Below, piece after piece: positions 17,308 to 28,305 of a stretch of 64,000 bases of DNA. Position 1 is the first letter of the stretch, and every line of letters starts with the position of its first letter. The notes under the pieces are model-generated. The model saw only the letters and a list, made by a program, of their open reading frames with translations, was not told the origin of the DNA and did not search any database. A program made the translations under genes and the position numbers. This stretch comes from a virus. The stretch lies in UHGV virus genome UHGV-0170778, one strand, 5' to 3'.

Positions 17308-17489
17308 GAGTGGAGTATGTCGTTAATAACTATACATTAAGAGCTAAAGTAAAAACAACTCCTAAACATAAACTAGTCGATGTAGATCGAATTGATCGCA
17401 ACCACACGAAGCTCATCTACCGAAATCTAACTCAGCAAGAAAAAGAATTCACTGATAAAGTTCTTGCTAAAAAAGGTAAAGTAGAATAA
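17304..17489 (+). CDS. hypothetical small protein
   Basis: 61 aa, ATGA overlap. Confidence 0.4.
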   Translation: MRVEYVVNNYTLRAKVKTTPKHKLVDVDRIDRNHTKLIYRNLTQQEKEFTDKVLAKKGKVE

Positions 17490-17534
17490 TATCAAAAACA
17501 AATTACCTTTTATATTATACAGAAAGAAACAATT

Positions 17535-17975
17535 ATGAAAATGTATTTGAAATCCTCTAGATCTAATGGTCAAATAGGTATTTGGTGGTACACAGATAAT
17601 AAAGATATATGGGCCAAATTAAAACCTACAGATCAAGGGTATCTAGACGGTTTATATTATCAGTACGACAATACAACAAATCATCTGAATGCTTGGAGAC
17701 AAGTAGTATCAGATAATGTTGAAAACAGAGAAGAAGCAAACACAATCATTGCTAAAGGTTACAAGTCATTAGAACGAGGAAGAGTAATCTACAACACAGC
17801 AACACAATGCTATGAAGTAATTTGTAGTAAAGAACTTGTAAACGATAAAGAGTTCAGAGATAAATTAGTTGATGTATTCAATTTATCTGGTAATAGGGTA
17901 GAATTCAATGCTCTTTCTCATTACTATAAATCAGAGTTGACTGGAAACCCTGCTTTAGATTCATTTGAATATTAA
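17535..17975 (+). CDS. putative tail tube / major tail protein
   Basis: 146 aa. The call rests on position: immediately upstream of the chaperone pair and tape measure. Confidence 0.3.
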   Translation: MKMYLKSSRSNGQIGIWWYTDNKDIWAKLKPTDQGYLDGLYYQYDNTTNHLNAWRQVVSDNVENREEANTIIAKGYKSLERGRVIYNTATQCYEVICSKELVNDKEFRDKLVDVFNLSGNRVEFNALSHYYKSELTGNPALDSFEY

Positions 17976-18044
17976 GTTTGAACATATACAAATTTAATAT
18001 TAAATTAAATATATAAATTCTAAAACCGTTAGGAGAAAAACAAA

Positions 18045-18830
18045 ATGCCAGTATCAGAAAAAATTCAGCTTCTAGGAAAAGGAATGTACAAAGACATTCC
18101 AGATGAGCTGACACTAAACGCAATCCCAACATCTGCTGAACTTGATTATGTAGGTGGAGATGATTTTGACAAAACAATGATTGAAAAAATCTTCCCACAA
18201 GCGATTACAGAAGACATTAACTTCAGCGAACTACTTCAAATAGATTATCAGTGGATCTGTAGATGTTTAAGAATTCTAAATTATGGTCCATATCATACAA
18301 CAAATAACATCATGTGTTCAGCTTGTGGAGAAGTATCCTCCGGAGAATATCAAGTAGACCTAAGAACAGTAAATTGTGTTCCAATCCCTGCTGGAACAAA
18401 GAATGAATTCCAGTTAACAAAAGAAAGCTTCATCGACTTCGACGGAGAAATCACATTCAAGATGTTAACAATGAAAGAGCTCTTTGCATCACAGCAAGAT
18501 AAGACATTTGCAAACAAAGATGGATCCATCAACAAACAGCTTTCCAGAATCTGTTATATGATTAAGTCATTCAAAGGAAAAACAGGTATGCTTCCACTTG
18601 AAGTAAAAACACTTATCAACAAGAAGCTATCACCTGCTGATTTCGTAATCTTGAGAAACAAGATGGATGAGATGACTGACTTCGGTCTAAGAGCAGGAGG
18701 AACATGTACTTGTCCAAAATGCGGAAATACAACAGCAGCATATCTTGCTCTAGTAGATGAAAGATTTTTTCGCCCGACCGTGGGAGATCTCTACGCATGG
18801 AGAGACGATCCAGATCGCAGGAAAGACTAA
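18045..18830 (+). CDS. putative tail assembly chaperone
   Basis: 261 aa with Cys pairs. It overlaps the next ORF in another frame, just upstream of the tape measure gene. AGGAGAAAAACAAA RBS. Confidence 0.4.
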   Translation: MPVSEKIQLLGKGMYKDIPDELTLNAIPTSAELDYVGGDDFDKTMIEKIFPQAITEDINFSELLQIDYQWICRCLRILNYGPYHTTNNIMCSACGEVSSGEYQVDLRTVNCVPIPAGTKNEFQLTKESFIDFDGEITFKMLTMKELFASQQDKTFANKDGSINKQLSRICYMIKSFKGKTGMLPLEVKTLINKKLSPADFVILRNKMDEMTDFGLRAGGTCTCPKCGNTTAAYLALVDERFFRPTVGDLYAWRDDPDRRKD

Positions 18831-19029
18831 AACATTCGCAGAAGTAAGACAACAACAATACGAAAACATAGTAGACGAAACATTATTCATAGCAAGAGCA
18901 TCAGAAGGTGCAGTATCAGCTGATTGGATAATGACACAACCAATATTTATCAGAAAGAAATATGTAGAATCGTTTACAGAAGAATTGAAACAGCGAGAAG
19001 CTGAAATGAAGAAAGTAAAAAACAAATAA
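18757..19029 (+). CDS. putative frameshift extension of the tail assembly chaperone
   Basis: The ORF lies in the +1 frame and overlaps about 74 nt. A T6 run (aga ttt ttt cgc) sits at the start of the overlap. Confidence 0.4.
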   Translation: MKDFFARPWEISTHGETIQIAGKTKTFAEVRQQQYENIVDETLFIARASEGAVSADWIMTQPIFIRKKYVESFTEELKQREAEMKKVKNK

Positions 19030-19041
19030 AAGACGGCGTCT

Positions 19042-19090
19042 GGGTAGGATAAACTTCTAAGGGTTGCGGGGAGTTGTCCTACCCTTTTAT
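19042..19090 (+). terminator. hairpin plus T-tract between chaperone and tape measure genes
   Basis: gggtagga ... tcctaccc 8-bp stem with a long loop, followed by ttttatatt. Confidence 0.35.
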
Positions 19091-19127
19091 ATTGTATATA
19101 AGAAACAAAACATCTAGGAGTGATAAT

Positions 19128-22106
19128 ATGGCAGACAGAAATCCAGATGCTAATATATTACAGAATGAATTCAAAGTAAAGTCCGATGACGGCAATGAAA
19201 CAACTGCAAGACGGAAAGGGGCTAATCCTAAGAATTCAGAAGAATATTTGAAAGCAATATATGATCTACTTAAAGATTCTACTAGATCATCACAATCATC
19301 TGCAAAAAGAAAGCAGAGTGATATTGATGTAGATAACATATTTAGAAATAAACATGCTTTCAAAAATTCTGGAAAAGGTGTACTTGACGGATTTGAAGAT
19401 GCACTTAAAGAACAAATACTAGGAGATAACTTCAAAAAAGAAGTGAGTAAATCTTTAAGTGGATTTGCAGATTCATTAGGCGTAAGTGTAAAGGACTTGC
19501 CGAATGGTATTGGACAGAAACTAGGCAAAGATCTATTTACAGAGTTAGGTAAATCAAAAGCCGGAGCAAAAGTAGCTAATACATTTACAAAAGCAGGTAG
19601 TCAAGCAGCCTCTGCAATTACTGGAGGATTAAGTACTGCAACTAAAGTAATTAAAGACGGAGGGTCTGTTTTATCTGCAGGTGTAAAAGGATTAGGAACT
19701 GCTGCAGCTGCTGTTGGTCCTGAATTATTAGCTATAGGTGCTGCAGCTTCTGTTGTAACAGTTGCTTTGCTTGCTATAGATCCTGCGCTAGAAGGGTTTG
19801 TAAATTACGCAAAAACAGCTCTCAAGACGATGAATAGAGACAATGATCAGCGAAAGAAAAATACAGAGCTGATGAAAAAGCGTCTTGAAGCTGATGTTAA
19901 TACGCTTGTTGAACAACCATTTGCAATACTAAAGCAATCAGCACAAGAAGTATATGATGCTTGGGACAAAAATGTAAGACTGATCAATGCAACTCAAGGG
20001 TATAACAAATCAGACTTACAGAACTTGATGTCTAATTATGCTTCTAGACTTCGTTCAGAAGGATTAGATAATGTAATAAGCGGTACAAGTATCATTGATA
20101 ATTTAGCTTCCGTTCTACAATCTGGGCTATCTGGAAGAGTAGCAGAAGAATTTGCATACTTAGCTACAAAGCTGAATGCAGAGATACCAACACAAGACTT
20201 TTTCAATTATGCAGATACATATGCTTCACTTGCTGCTAATGCTATAAAGAATGGTGCATCTCAATCAGAAGCAATCAGTTATGCAAACTCACAGCTAGAA
20301 CAATTTGCTAGTGATATACTTTATGCTTCAAGACAGCTGTCAGGTGGGTTCAGTACAGGACTTAAGAACGCAAGTACATTATTTGAACAGTCTACTAAAA
20401 TAGCAACAGCTGCTAAAACAGGTAATGCGTCACAGATAGCTGGAGTACTTACATCTGTTTCTGCAATAGTAGGAGCAGTAGCACCTGATCTTACAGATTC
20501 AATAACATCTGCTATATATGATACAGCAACAGGTGGAAACACCTCACAGATAGTTGCATTAAGATCGCTTGCAGGCATAAATGCATCTAATACAGAATTC
20601 TTACAACAGCTTGCAAGAGACCCACAAGGTGTATTTTCAACACTATTTTCCAATCTAGCAAATCTCCAGAATATGTCCAAGAGCAACTATATGGAGGTTG
20701 CAGAAGGTTTATCCGATGTATTTGGAATTTCGTCTGAAGCATTTCAACGAATAGATTTCAATTACTTAGCAAAAGCTATATCTCAGATGAATTTGAACAA
20801 TGCTTCTTTATCTGAGAACTTAGAGCATCTAGCTTCGGGACAAACAACTACAACAACTGAACAGCTTAAGATGCAACAGATAAACAAGTATTTGATAGAT
20901 GAAGGTCTGTCTTATGTACTTGATAATGAAGCAACACGAGCTATTCAAGAGCATATGTGGGATGAACAGCTTGCAAGACAAATGACTGAAGCTGAATACG
21001 CTGTTAACTTGCAAGGGTCTGCACTTGACTACTTAGAAAGTATTGTCCATACTATATCTAATTTGCTCAAGTTATTGAATCCGTATTATGCTATAGCAAA
21101 CGGTGTATCTAATCTTGCAAAAACTGCAATAGCAGCTAACAAGCAAAGAGATGCTGTGAAAACTCTTCTGAAAGCATCGAATGTAGGGTCTGCAAATGCA
21201 AGAACATTCTATAATCTAAGCACTCCAGGTATAGATGCTGGATTAACATCTGGGTTGATCAGCATGATGTATGGATTAAAATTATCTTCAGGTAGTTCTT
21301 CGTCCTTACAAAGAAGAGTCAAATCTGTATATGGGTGGGGTACCTTAAGCAAATCACAAGCAGCAGCAATACAAGGACATATAGCATCACCTTATACATT
21401 CACAGACACATCTGTAGCAAGTGGGACATCATTATCATCTTCTGCTGCAAGTTCTGCACGAGTAGAAAAAATGCTTGCTACTATGGAGTCCATGGCAAGT
21501 GCACAGAATAAAGATAAATCATACAAGTACTCTTATTCGGATTGGGCTAAAACAGCAAGACGATATGGTATATCTAATTTAGATGAAGCATTAGAAGCTG
21601 CTGGATATTCTACATCAGATGTAAAATATCAATATGAACAATATCAAACATTATCTGCAGCAAAGCAGCAGCAAGAAAGACTCGAGAAAGAAGAAGAAAC
21701 TTGGGACATGTTATTAACAAATGTACCTGATATTGATACATTGATAAAAAATAGTATAGTCCCTAAGTTAGAGTCAATAGGTATTGATCTTAATAAGTTC
21801 TTGACACAATGGATAAACTACTATGTGAAACATACAGCATACTTAGAAGCAACTAGATATAAGAGTTCTGATTATGATAAGATACGGAAAAAAGAAAAGA
21901 AGGGTTCAGATTCTATAGTTGCTAAACTTGCAAATACATTAACAAGTAACTTAGTAGATATAAAAGACCCAACAGTTCAGACAAATGTTTTACTTGCAGA
22001 GATGCTGAAAGTGTTAACTACCATAATGCAACAGAACAATAACAAAACAACAAGCACAGAACTTGCAGATTCTTTGAAAGGTCTGTCATTAGGGTTGCTT
22101 AAATAA
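19128..22106 (+). CDS. tail tape measure protein
   Basis: About 990 aa, Ala/Gly/Ser-rich with long helical stretches. Start moved to MADRNPD preceded by AGGAG (the track start at 19074 overlaps the hairpin). Confidence 0.7.
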   Translation: MADRNPDANILQNEFKVKSDDGNETTARRKGANPKNSEEYLKAIYDLLKDSTRSSQSSAKRKQSDIDVDNIFRNKHAFKNSGKGVLDGFEDALKEQILGDNFKKEVSKSLSGFADSLGVSVKDLPNGIGQKLGKDLFTELGKSKAGAKVANTFTKAGSQAASAITGGLSTATKVIKDGGSVLSAGVKGLGTAAAAVGPELLAIGAAASVVTVALLAIDPALEGFVNYAKTALKTMNRDNDQRKKNTELMKKRLEADVNTLVEQPFAILKQSAQEVYDAWDKNVRLINATQGYNKSDLQNLMSNYASRLRSEGLDNVISGTSIIDNLASVLQSGLSGRVAEEFAYLATKLNAEIPTQDFFNYADTYASLAANAIKNGASQSEAISYANSQLEQFASDILYASRQLSGGFSTGLKNASTLFEQSTKIATAAKTGNASQIAGVLTSVSAIVGAVAPDLTDSITSAIYDTATGGNTSQIVALRSLAGINASNTEFLQQLARDPQGVFSTLFSNLANLQNMSKSNYMEVAEGLSDVFGISSEAFQRIDFNYLAKAISQMNLNNASLSENLEHLASGQTTTTTEQLKMQQINKYLIDEGLSYVLDNEATRAIQEHMWDEQLARQMTEAEYAVNLQGSALDYLESIVHTISNLLKLLNPYYAIANGVSNLAKTAIAANKQRDAVKTLLKASNVGSANARTFYNLSTPGIDAGLTSGLISMMYGLKLSSGSSSSLQRRVKSVYGWGTLSKSQAAAIQGHIASPYTFTDTSVASGTSLSSSAASSARVEKMLATMESMASAQNKDKSYKYSYSDWAKTARRYGISNLDEALEAAGYSTSDVKYQYEQYQTLSAAKQQQERLEKEEETWDMLLTNVPDIDTLIKNSIVPKLESIGIDLNKFLTQWINYYVKHTAYLEATRYKSSDYDKIRKKEKKGSDSIVAKLANTLTSNLVDIKDPTVQTNVLLAEMLKVLTTIMQQNNNKTTSTELADSLKGLSLGLLK

Positions 22107-22160
22107 CACCTATTATATACATGACCGTTACAGAAACATTCTATACAGAGGAGTTAATCA

Positions 22161-24800
22161 ATGAACTTCAAAACATTTAGTGTAAATACTACTAATATAT
22201 TCCCTATTGCTAACACCACAAAAGGTGGGCAGCTTGTAACAGAATTCAATCTAAAATCAAGAGAAAGTGTTGCAACAGACCCTAATGTGAAATATACATA
22301 CGGTCCGTCATATACACATGGACAAGATGATTTTGCAATAGGGACAGCAACAGACTCTGAAACAGGAGCAAGCATATCTACAACAGTATTACAGATAAGT
22401 CCAGGAAGATGTGTTCTAAATGGACATTTTGTAGAAAACTTAGTCGATATGCAAATTGATATTGTTCAAGCAAACGCGCAAGCAAAGAAATTAGGGCAGT
22501 CACTTATTCAAGGAGTATGCTGCGTAGGGCTTAAAGCAATGTATAGCACAGAAGTAAACATTGCAGGCAGCTTGCAAGCAGAGAACAATGATACAGATTT
22601 ATATGAAGGCGTTCAGGTAGTTATTCTTCCTGTTGCAGAATTCAAACTTCCATCAGATGTACCTGATAACCAAAATGAAGTAACAGCTCATCTTAAACTA
22701 GGTACATTCACATACAACAATGGAATCATAAAATCATCTATATCACAGAACACAGATAAGATAAAAAATATTGACGGTTCTCGCATATACAATATTGATT
22801 CATTGTTATCAAAACAATATATTTCTAAAGCAAACTTAGATCCGCATAAGCTGTATACATTCGCAACAAAGAATGTGGATGATTCAAGTGACTTACAAGA
22901 CACTTGGTGCGATTCTACAGATTCATTGATGGTTTGGGACTCTTCTCCGCAAGAAGAAAAACTAACCAAAACATCTGATAATCCGAAAGAAGCGTCATTT
23001 AAGATTGATAGCTCAACAGAACAGATAAAACTTGTTGTTCCTCATAAACAAATAGACGGTATGAGAAATACACATGGAGAAGCAACATATTATGTTCCCA
23101 AAACATTGAACATACCTGTTGCAGATTATGACAATTCTACTCCGGGTACAGTTAGTTCTTCGTTTATAAAAACAATAAAGAAAATAGAAGATAAAGTTAA
23201 AAATCTATACAGCAATAACAAGGAAAAAGTAACCCAAGGAAATCTAATTGGTGTTATAAATGTATTAGATGCAGATAACTCATTGCCTACAATCAATAAA
23301 TCATGGGCAATTGGTGATTATATCTTAGTAGTACAAGACACATTAGTTGGATCTTCTGCAGATTCAGAAAGAGATCCTTCTACAATGTATATAGTTACAC
23401 CTGGATATGTTAAAACAGTTAAATATATTGCAGATCCTTCTTCATTGTCAGGTATGTGTGTTGGAACAGTTTCAGGTACAGATCCTGGAGAGACAACAAA
23501 CACACCTAGTTACTTCGATTTCAGCATAGAAGAGTACAGAGGTATTCCAAATAAAGATTACTTAGTTTATGTATATGTTAATCCAGAAACCAATGCAAGC
23601 ACTAAGTTTTATTATCAAATTGCAACCTCTTCTGGAAATGATTGGAGCGAGCCTATTATGCTTACTGCTTCAATTCCTTATGCAACAGAAGATCTAGTTG
23701 GTGGATTCAAAAATGTACCGGATGATGCAATAGACGAAGGATATATCAAGATTGACGAAAACGGACATCTAGTTCTAATTGACTACAGTCTACTTCGTTC
23801 TGGTACACTTGCATATCAGCTTGGAGAAGATTACACATCTCCTTCAGGAATTACAAATGAAGCAATACAAGATGAACTAAACGATTATGTAAACGATAGA
23901 GTTGCATTTGCTAACTTAGAACAACGAGCGAAAAAAGGTTCTTCTGCAAATGTAATTGATATTACTTTGAACTTAAGCAAAGAAGAGGAAGAATCAACAA
24001 TAACAATACAGAATATTGATTCTAGATTCAATACTTGTGTTTACCTCCATATAGCAGGAACAGAAGTTGACAGTAATACTATTATAAACATAGTAAATTG
24101 TGAGAAGATAAGAATAGATAGTAACATTGGTGGAGTTAACGGAAACAAGCCTAGAATAAATCTTTATAATTCTTGTTTATACTATGATTCAGGTGTACTT
24201 AGTACATTGAATAGCATTTCAGGATTGAGCTTGTGGTATGAAAAGTATGAAAACACAGATCCTGATATTCTAGTAAACAACATGACTGTACAAGCTGTAA
24301 ATAGTCCTATCATTGCTGAATCAACAGATTTCTGGGCAACAGACACTCCAAATGATAACCATTTTAGATATGCTTTACAAAGTGTAACATATGGAAAAGA
24401 TGGCAACATAATTGGATTTGGTATATACATAAATAACTCAACTACATCGAACATTATGGACGGTAGGTCTATATATGTATCTGATTTTACTATTCCTCAA
24501 GGGTCTGCTCTAACATATCCAGAAAACAGAGTAACTAACAAATTGAAGATATCTGGAGCATTTGTAACATCTTATGCAACAACACTTGAAGACGGAACAA
24601 CAGGATATCAAGTAATTGAAACAATGTTCTCTGCAGTAACTGGTACATATGACGGAGAGTCTATTGAGAAGGGAGTTATTTCGTTCAGCGTAAATGCAAA
24701 TAAAGTGTATGGTACAGTTTATGGTATAACTCCAGGAGATCCAATAGATGCTTGGGACTCTGGTGCATATCATGTATTTACAGGAGGAGCATTGAACTAA
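22161..24800 (+). CDS. large tail/baseplate structural protein
   Basis: 879 aa directly after the tape measure gene, GAGGAG RBS. Ser/Thr/Asn-rich. Confidence 0.5.
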   Translation: MNFKTFSVNTTNIFPIANTTKGGQLVTEFNLKSRESVATDPNVKYTYGPSYTHGQDDFAIGTATDSETGASISTTVLQISPGRCVLNGHFVENLVDMQIDIVQANAQAKKLGQSLIQGVCCVGLKAMYSTEVNIAGSLQAENNDTDLYEGVQVVILPVAEFKLPSDVPDNQNEVTAHLKLGTFTYNNGIIKSSISQNTDKIKNIDGSRIYNIDSLLSKQYISKANLDPHKLYTFATKNVDDSSDLQDTWCDSTDSLMVWDSSPQEEKLTKTSDNPKEASFKIDSSTEQIKLVVPHKQIDGMRNTHGEATYYVPKTLNIPVADYDNSTPGTVSSSFIKTIKKIEDKVKNLYSNNKEKVTQGNLIGVINVLDADNSLPTINKSWAIGDYILVVQDTLVGSSADSERDPSTMYIVTPGYVKTVKYIADPSSLSGMCVGTVSGTDPGETTNTPSYFDFSIEEYRGIPNKDYLVYVYVNPETNASTKFYYQIATSSGNDWSEPIMLTASIPYATEDLVGGFKNVPDDAIDEGYIKIDENGHLVLIDYSLLRSGTLAYQLGEDYTSPSGITNEAIQDELNDYVNDRVAFANLEQRAKKGSSANVIDITLNLSKEEEESTITIQNIDSRFNTCVYLHIAGTEVDSNTIINIVNCEKIRIDSNIGGVNGNKPRINLYNSCLYYDSGVLSTLNSISGLSLWYEKYENTDPDILVNNMTVQAVNSPIIAESTDFWATDTPNDNHFRYALQSVTYGKDGNIIGFGIYINNSTTSNIMDGRSIYVSDFTIPQGSALTYPENRVTNKLKISGAFVTSYATTLEDGTTGYQVIETMFSAVTGTYDGESIEKGVISFSVNANKVYGTVYGITPGDPIDAWDSGAYHVFTGGALN

Positions 24801-24801
24801 G

Positions 24802-25356
24802 ATGTCATTTACAAAAGATTTAGTTAAGATACATCTGATAAATGAAGGTTACTTACCTAACTATCCATACCATCTAATATCAGATGAGGAAATGTGTGAT
24901 GCATTTATACATGAAGATGAAGGGTACTTTTTTGATGAGTACCCTCTTCTCTCTGATAAAGAAGAAACATCTAACGCATATAAAGATTTAGTAAATGTAA
25001 TCAAATATTTCATAGCCGAATTGAAGTTATCAAAACAGGACAGTTATGAACTTCCAGATTGGATATACTCTTATATGTTAGGAAAAGTAATAAGTGTAAA
25101 TTCGGACATACTTGATATACACGATTTGATCTATCCATTAGGTGTAGATAATATAGAGGATATATTTGATGCAAAATGTGAAGATAGATGTTTAGAAATA
25201 AGTAAACTTCAAGTATCTGTTATGGAAACATATAAATTGAAAGACTCTTCTGGAAACTATATCATAGGAGCCAATGGTAATCCATTAACAAATAGACCTC
25301 CTACGATATTTGGAGAACCTCATATAATAAAGTATATAAGAGTAAATATCCTTTAA
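24802..25356 (+). CDS. tail-module protein, hypothetical
   Basis: 184 aa, ATGA-type abutment. Confidence 0.45.
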   Translation: MSFTKDLVKIHLINEGYLPNYPYHLISDEEMCDAFIHEDEGYFFDEYPLLSDKEETSNAYKDLVNVIKYFIAELKLSKQDSYELPDWIYSYMLGKVISVNSDILDIHDLIYPLGVDNIEDIFDAKCEDRCLEISKLQVSVMETYKLKDSSGNYIIGANGNPLTNRPPTIFGEPHIIKYIRVNIL

Positions 25357-25374
25357 GAAAGGCAGAGATAATGT

Positions 25375-26388
25375 ATGCAATTTTTATCTATATCTGATAA
25401 CACTACATTATCACAATTAAATAGTTTAGTAGGGCATGAAAATACAGATGCTATATTGAATGTTAATGGGTTGAAACGAGCTCCAAAAGTAGGAAAACAA
25501 CTTGTTGATAAAGCTAATAGTATAATAAATTCAGAAGATGTTAAACCTGTAAATTGGCAGAAAAAATTATCTGTCCTTAATACATTTACAGGTGATTCTG
25601 ATATATATGAATATGCATCATTGTTAGGTTCCGATGGTTGGAAAGTATTATCTACTATAAACACATTTCCAAGTATGTTAAGGATACCGGAGTCTATAAC
25701 ACTTCCAGATAACTTCCAGATACTAGGAAATAATCAGCCTGTGTCTAGAGATGTATATGAAAAAGTAAGAAGTTATTTGATAGAAGAGCCTCATGAAATA
25801 GATCCAAAAGTATTCAACACATTTCAAAATGTTTCTAATTCTAGTATACTCGGATATGATGTAGGTAAAAATCCAATTGACTGGTTCAACCTACCTTGGG
25901 GTAAAATATCATTATATTCCTCCATAAATAATGAATATGTAGATTTCCCAGTATATCCAGAAACTATTAGTGATGGTGTAAGCGCTACATATGATACAAT
26001 GCCTGATATGATTTATCAATATGAACCATGGCAAACATATCAAAGTTCAGGCCCTCGCACAATAACATATGAATTTCATATGCATAGAGATATGTGGTCA
26101 GGTAATCATAATGATGGTAGATGTTATGATTTAGTTAATTTCTGTAAAGCTCAGTGTTATGCAGAATACAGTGGTGCTGCAGTGAATACATCTACATGTA
26201 CAATGTATATATCTGGTAAATCTCATCTTTCTGGTATTGTTACACAAGTAGAAGAAGATTGGGGAGGCCCATTGGGGCATGATGGATGGTACTTAGAACT
26301 AACACTTAGAATAACAATGACAGAAGTATCTCAGAAAGCATTGAATTATCAAAGTGTAAGAAATGAAAGGACAACATATTCAATATGA
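25375..26388 (+). CDS. baseplate/tail structural protein, hypothetical
   Basis: 337 aa. Confidence 0.45.
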   Translation: MQFLSISDNTTLSQLNSLVGHENTDAILNVNGLKRAPKVGKQLVDKANSIINSEDVKPVNWQKKLSVLNTFTGDSDIYEYASLLGSDGWKVLSTINTFPSMLRIPESITLPDNFQILGNNQPVSRDVYEKVRSYLIEEPHEIDPKVFNTFQNVSNSSILGYDVGKNPIDWFNLPWGKISLYSSINNEYVDFPVYPETISDGVSATYDTMPDMIYQYEPWQTYQSSGPRTITYEFHMHRDMWSGNHNDGRCYDLVNFCKAQCYAEYSGAAVNTSTCTMYISGKSHLSGIVTQVEEDWGGPLGHDGWYLELTLRITMTEVSQKALNYQSVRNERTTYSI

Positions 26389-26822
26389 GTTATGTAAAGC
26401 CTATATACTATAACACATTAGATCCTTACATTCAAATTGAACATGAAGGTATTCAATATACAACATGCAGGGATTTTAATCATATAAGCAGATACAAAGG
26501 GCTTCGTCAAATAATACACTGTCCAGATACATCAAGATACATATCGCTAGAAACACCTAATTCCATTTCTATAAATGATCTTGATTTCGATTACTATGAG
26601 GTTCCAAAATCAGAAGAAAACAGATTAGATATAATTGCAAATAAATTCTTAGGATCTCCACAATATAGTTGGGTCATAAGTTACATAAACGGTATAGAAG
26701 ACGGTTTTACAGTAAGAGAAGGACAGAAGATAAAGATAATCAGAAGTTTTACAGATCTATTCAATAAAGGTGAGATACTCGCAACAATATCTGCACTTAC
26801 ATTGAATTTAGGGTCTGAGTAA
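26385..26822 (+). CDS. LysM-domain baseplate protein
   Basis: RLDIIANKFLGSPQYSWVISYINGI matches the LysM consensus (xDxxxxIAxxY...W..I...N). Confidence 0.5.
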   Translation: MSYVKPIYYNTLDPYIQIEHEGIQYTTCRDFNHISRYKGLRQIIHCPDTSRYISLETPNSISINDLDFDYYEVPKSEENRLDIIANKFLGSPQYSWVISYINGIEDGFTVREGQKIKIIRSFTDLFNKGEILATISALTLNLGSE

Positions 26823-26845
26823 ATATAGATGAAAGGAGATTAGGT

Positions 26846-28300
26846 ATGAAGAAACAACCATTTGTTACATTTGTTTTAGCTGGTGTGTCTCTCACAGACT
26901 TCGGCTGGAAAATACCTTCTCCGTTTTCTTCTCTAGAATTAACAAACAGTGAAATATCTTCAATGACAAGCTGGACATTAAATTGTATGGTATCAGGAGA
27001 TTCAGATAAACAAGTAAATGTAGCTTCATTTGAAGCATTGCTTTATAGCGCAGCACAAGCAGCATCTTCTAATCCAAATACAGCTGGTATTCCTGTTTCT
27101 TTCAATTTTGGATGGTTAGATGATGACGGAAATGTAGTCGAGTATCTATCATACCAAGGATTTTCAATAAACTTTGATGTAAGTGTGTCTGGTAGATATA
27201 TGAACTACACCATGAAAGGATACGCTTCTACTGTTGTTCAAAGTAGTATGCCTGTACTTAGAATACCTGCAATAACAGGAATAGTCCAACCGTCTGCTAT
27301 AGTAGAATCTCTTGCAAAGTCAATAAAAGCAACTTCATATTATCAATTAGACATTGATCACAATGACGCTCCAACACTTGTTAATCACAATGCACTTACA
27401 ACATCATTTAACAGATATGTTAGAGGTACATTCGCACCTACAGATGATTATGATAACTTCCCTGGACTTTTACCATTAAGTAAATCATACAGTGGGTCAA
27501 GAGATGCAGCTGGGTTGAAATATCCTTTCAAGAAATTAAGTCAAGTGATGAATAATTTGAAATCAAGTCCTCTTTCTAATTTCTTGAAACAAAGCAATAC
27601 AGATACTACACCACAATGTTCATCATTTTCTTATTGGGTAGATGAACCGACAATGAATAAGCCAGGTGTAATACATTACAAAAGTAATGCTAATCTGTTA
27701 ACAAAACAGAGCGGTCAAGTATTACAATATGGTACAGCAGATACAAATGTATTATCAATTTCAGGTTCATATAATGGTGTAGCATATAATATGACTGATA
27801 TGAATTTCACTCAACTTGGTTTTGCTGTAGATGGTAGCGGTAATACAATTATGAAAGGCGCCGAAGTTGTTAATAGCTGGAGTTCATCTCTTGCAGATAC
27901 ATTCCAGACATCTAACATAATCAATGATGTAAATGCACTTGCATCTCAGTTCAGCGGAGATTTCTCTGTTGAAATTCCAGGTTCACTTAAAGTATATGAA
28001 GTAGCTCAACCTATATCTTTAATCGTACTTTCAGGAAATACATTATCTCCTATATCAGGGATATACAATATTGTATCTGTAACACATAGGCTGTCAAATA
28101 CATTTATCACAACATTAAAGATACAAAGACTTGTAATGAGTTCTGCAAATACAACAGCAAGCTATCAAGGAATATATGTATCTGGTTCAAGCAAATATCC
28201 TAGAAGCTCGTTTACTCCTACATCTAATATAAAATCACCTTATTCTGTAGATCTAGGCATAATGTATCCAACATTCGAGCACATGCAAATTTCGTTATAA
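26846..28300 (+). CDS. baseplate/tail structural protein, hypothetical
   Basis: 484 aa, AAAGGAGATTAGG RBS. Confidence 0.45.
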   Translation: MKKQPFVTFVLAGVSLTDFGWKIPSPFSSLELTNSEISSMTSWTLNCMVSGDSDKQVNVASFEALLYSAAQAASSNPNTAGIPVSFNFGWLDDDGNVVEYLSYQGFSINFDVSVSGRYMNYTMKGYASTVVQSSMPVLRIPAITGIVQPSAIVESLAKSIKATSYYQLDIDHNDAPTLVNHNALTTSFNRYVRGTFAPTDDYDNFPGLLPLSKSYSGSRDAAGLKYPFKKLSQVMNNLKSSPLSNFLKQSNTDTTPQCSSFSYWVDEPTMNKPGVIHYKSNANLLTKQSGQVLQYGTADTNVLSISGSYNGVAYNMTDMNFTQLGFAVDGSGNTIMKGAEVVNSWSSSLADTFQTSNIINDVNALASQFSGDFSVEIPGSLKVYEVAQPISLIVLSGNTLSPISGIYNIVSVTHRLSNTFITTLKIQRLVMSSANTTASYQGIYVSGSSKYPRSSFTPTSNIKSPYSVDLGIMYPTFEHMQISL

Positions 28301-28305
28301 ATAAT

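Noticed and set aside
19079-19528. 149-aa minus-strand ORF overlapping the start of the tape measure gene, and other 60-120-aa antisense ORFs (7005..7409, 8124..8468, 20321..20686, 24510..24773, 41610..41855)
   Set aside because: All lie inside or opposite convincing + strand genes. They lack RBS sites and have no motifs. They are the ordinary long open antisense frames that turn up by chance opposite real coding sequence.
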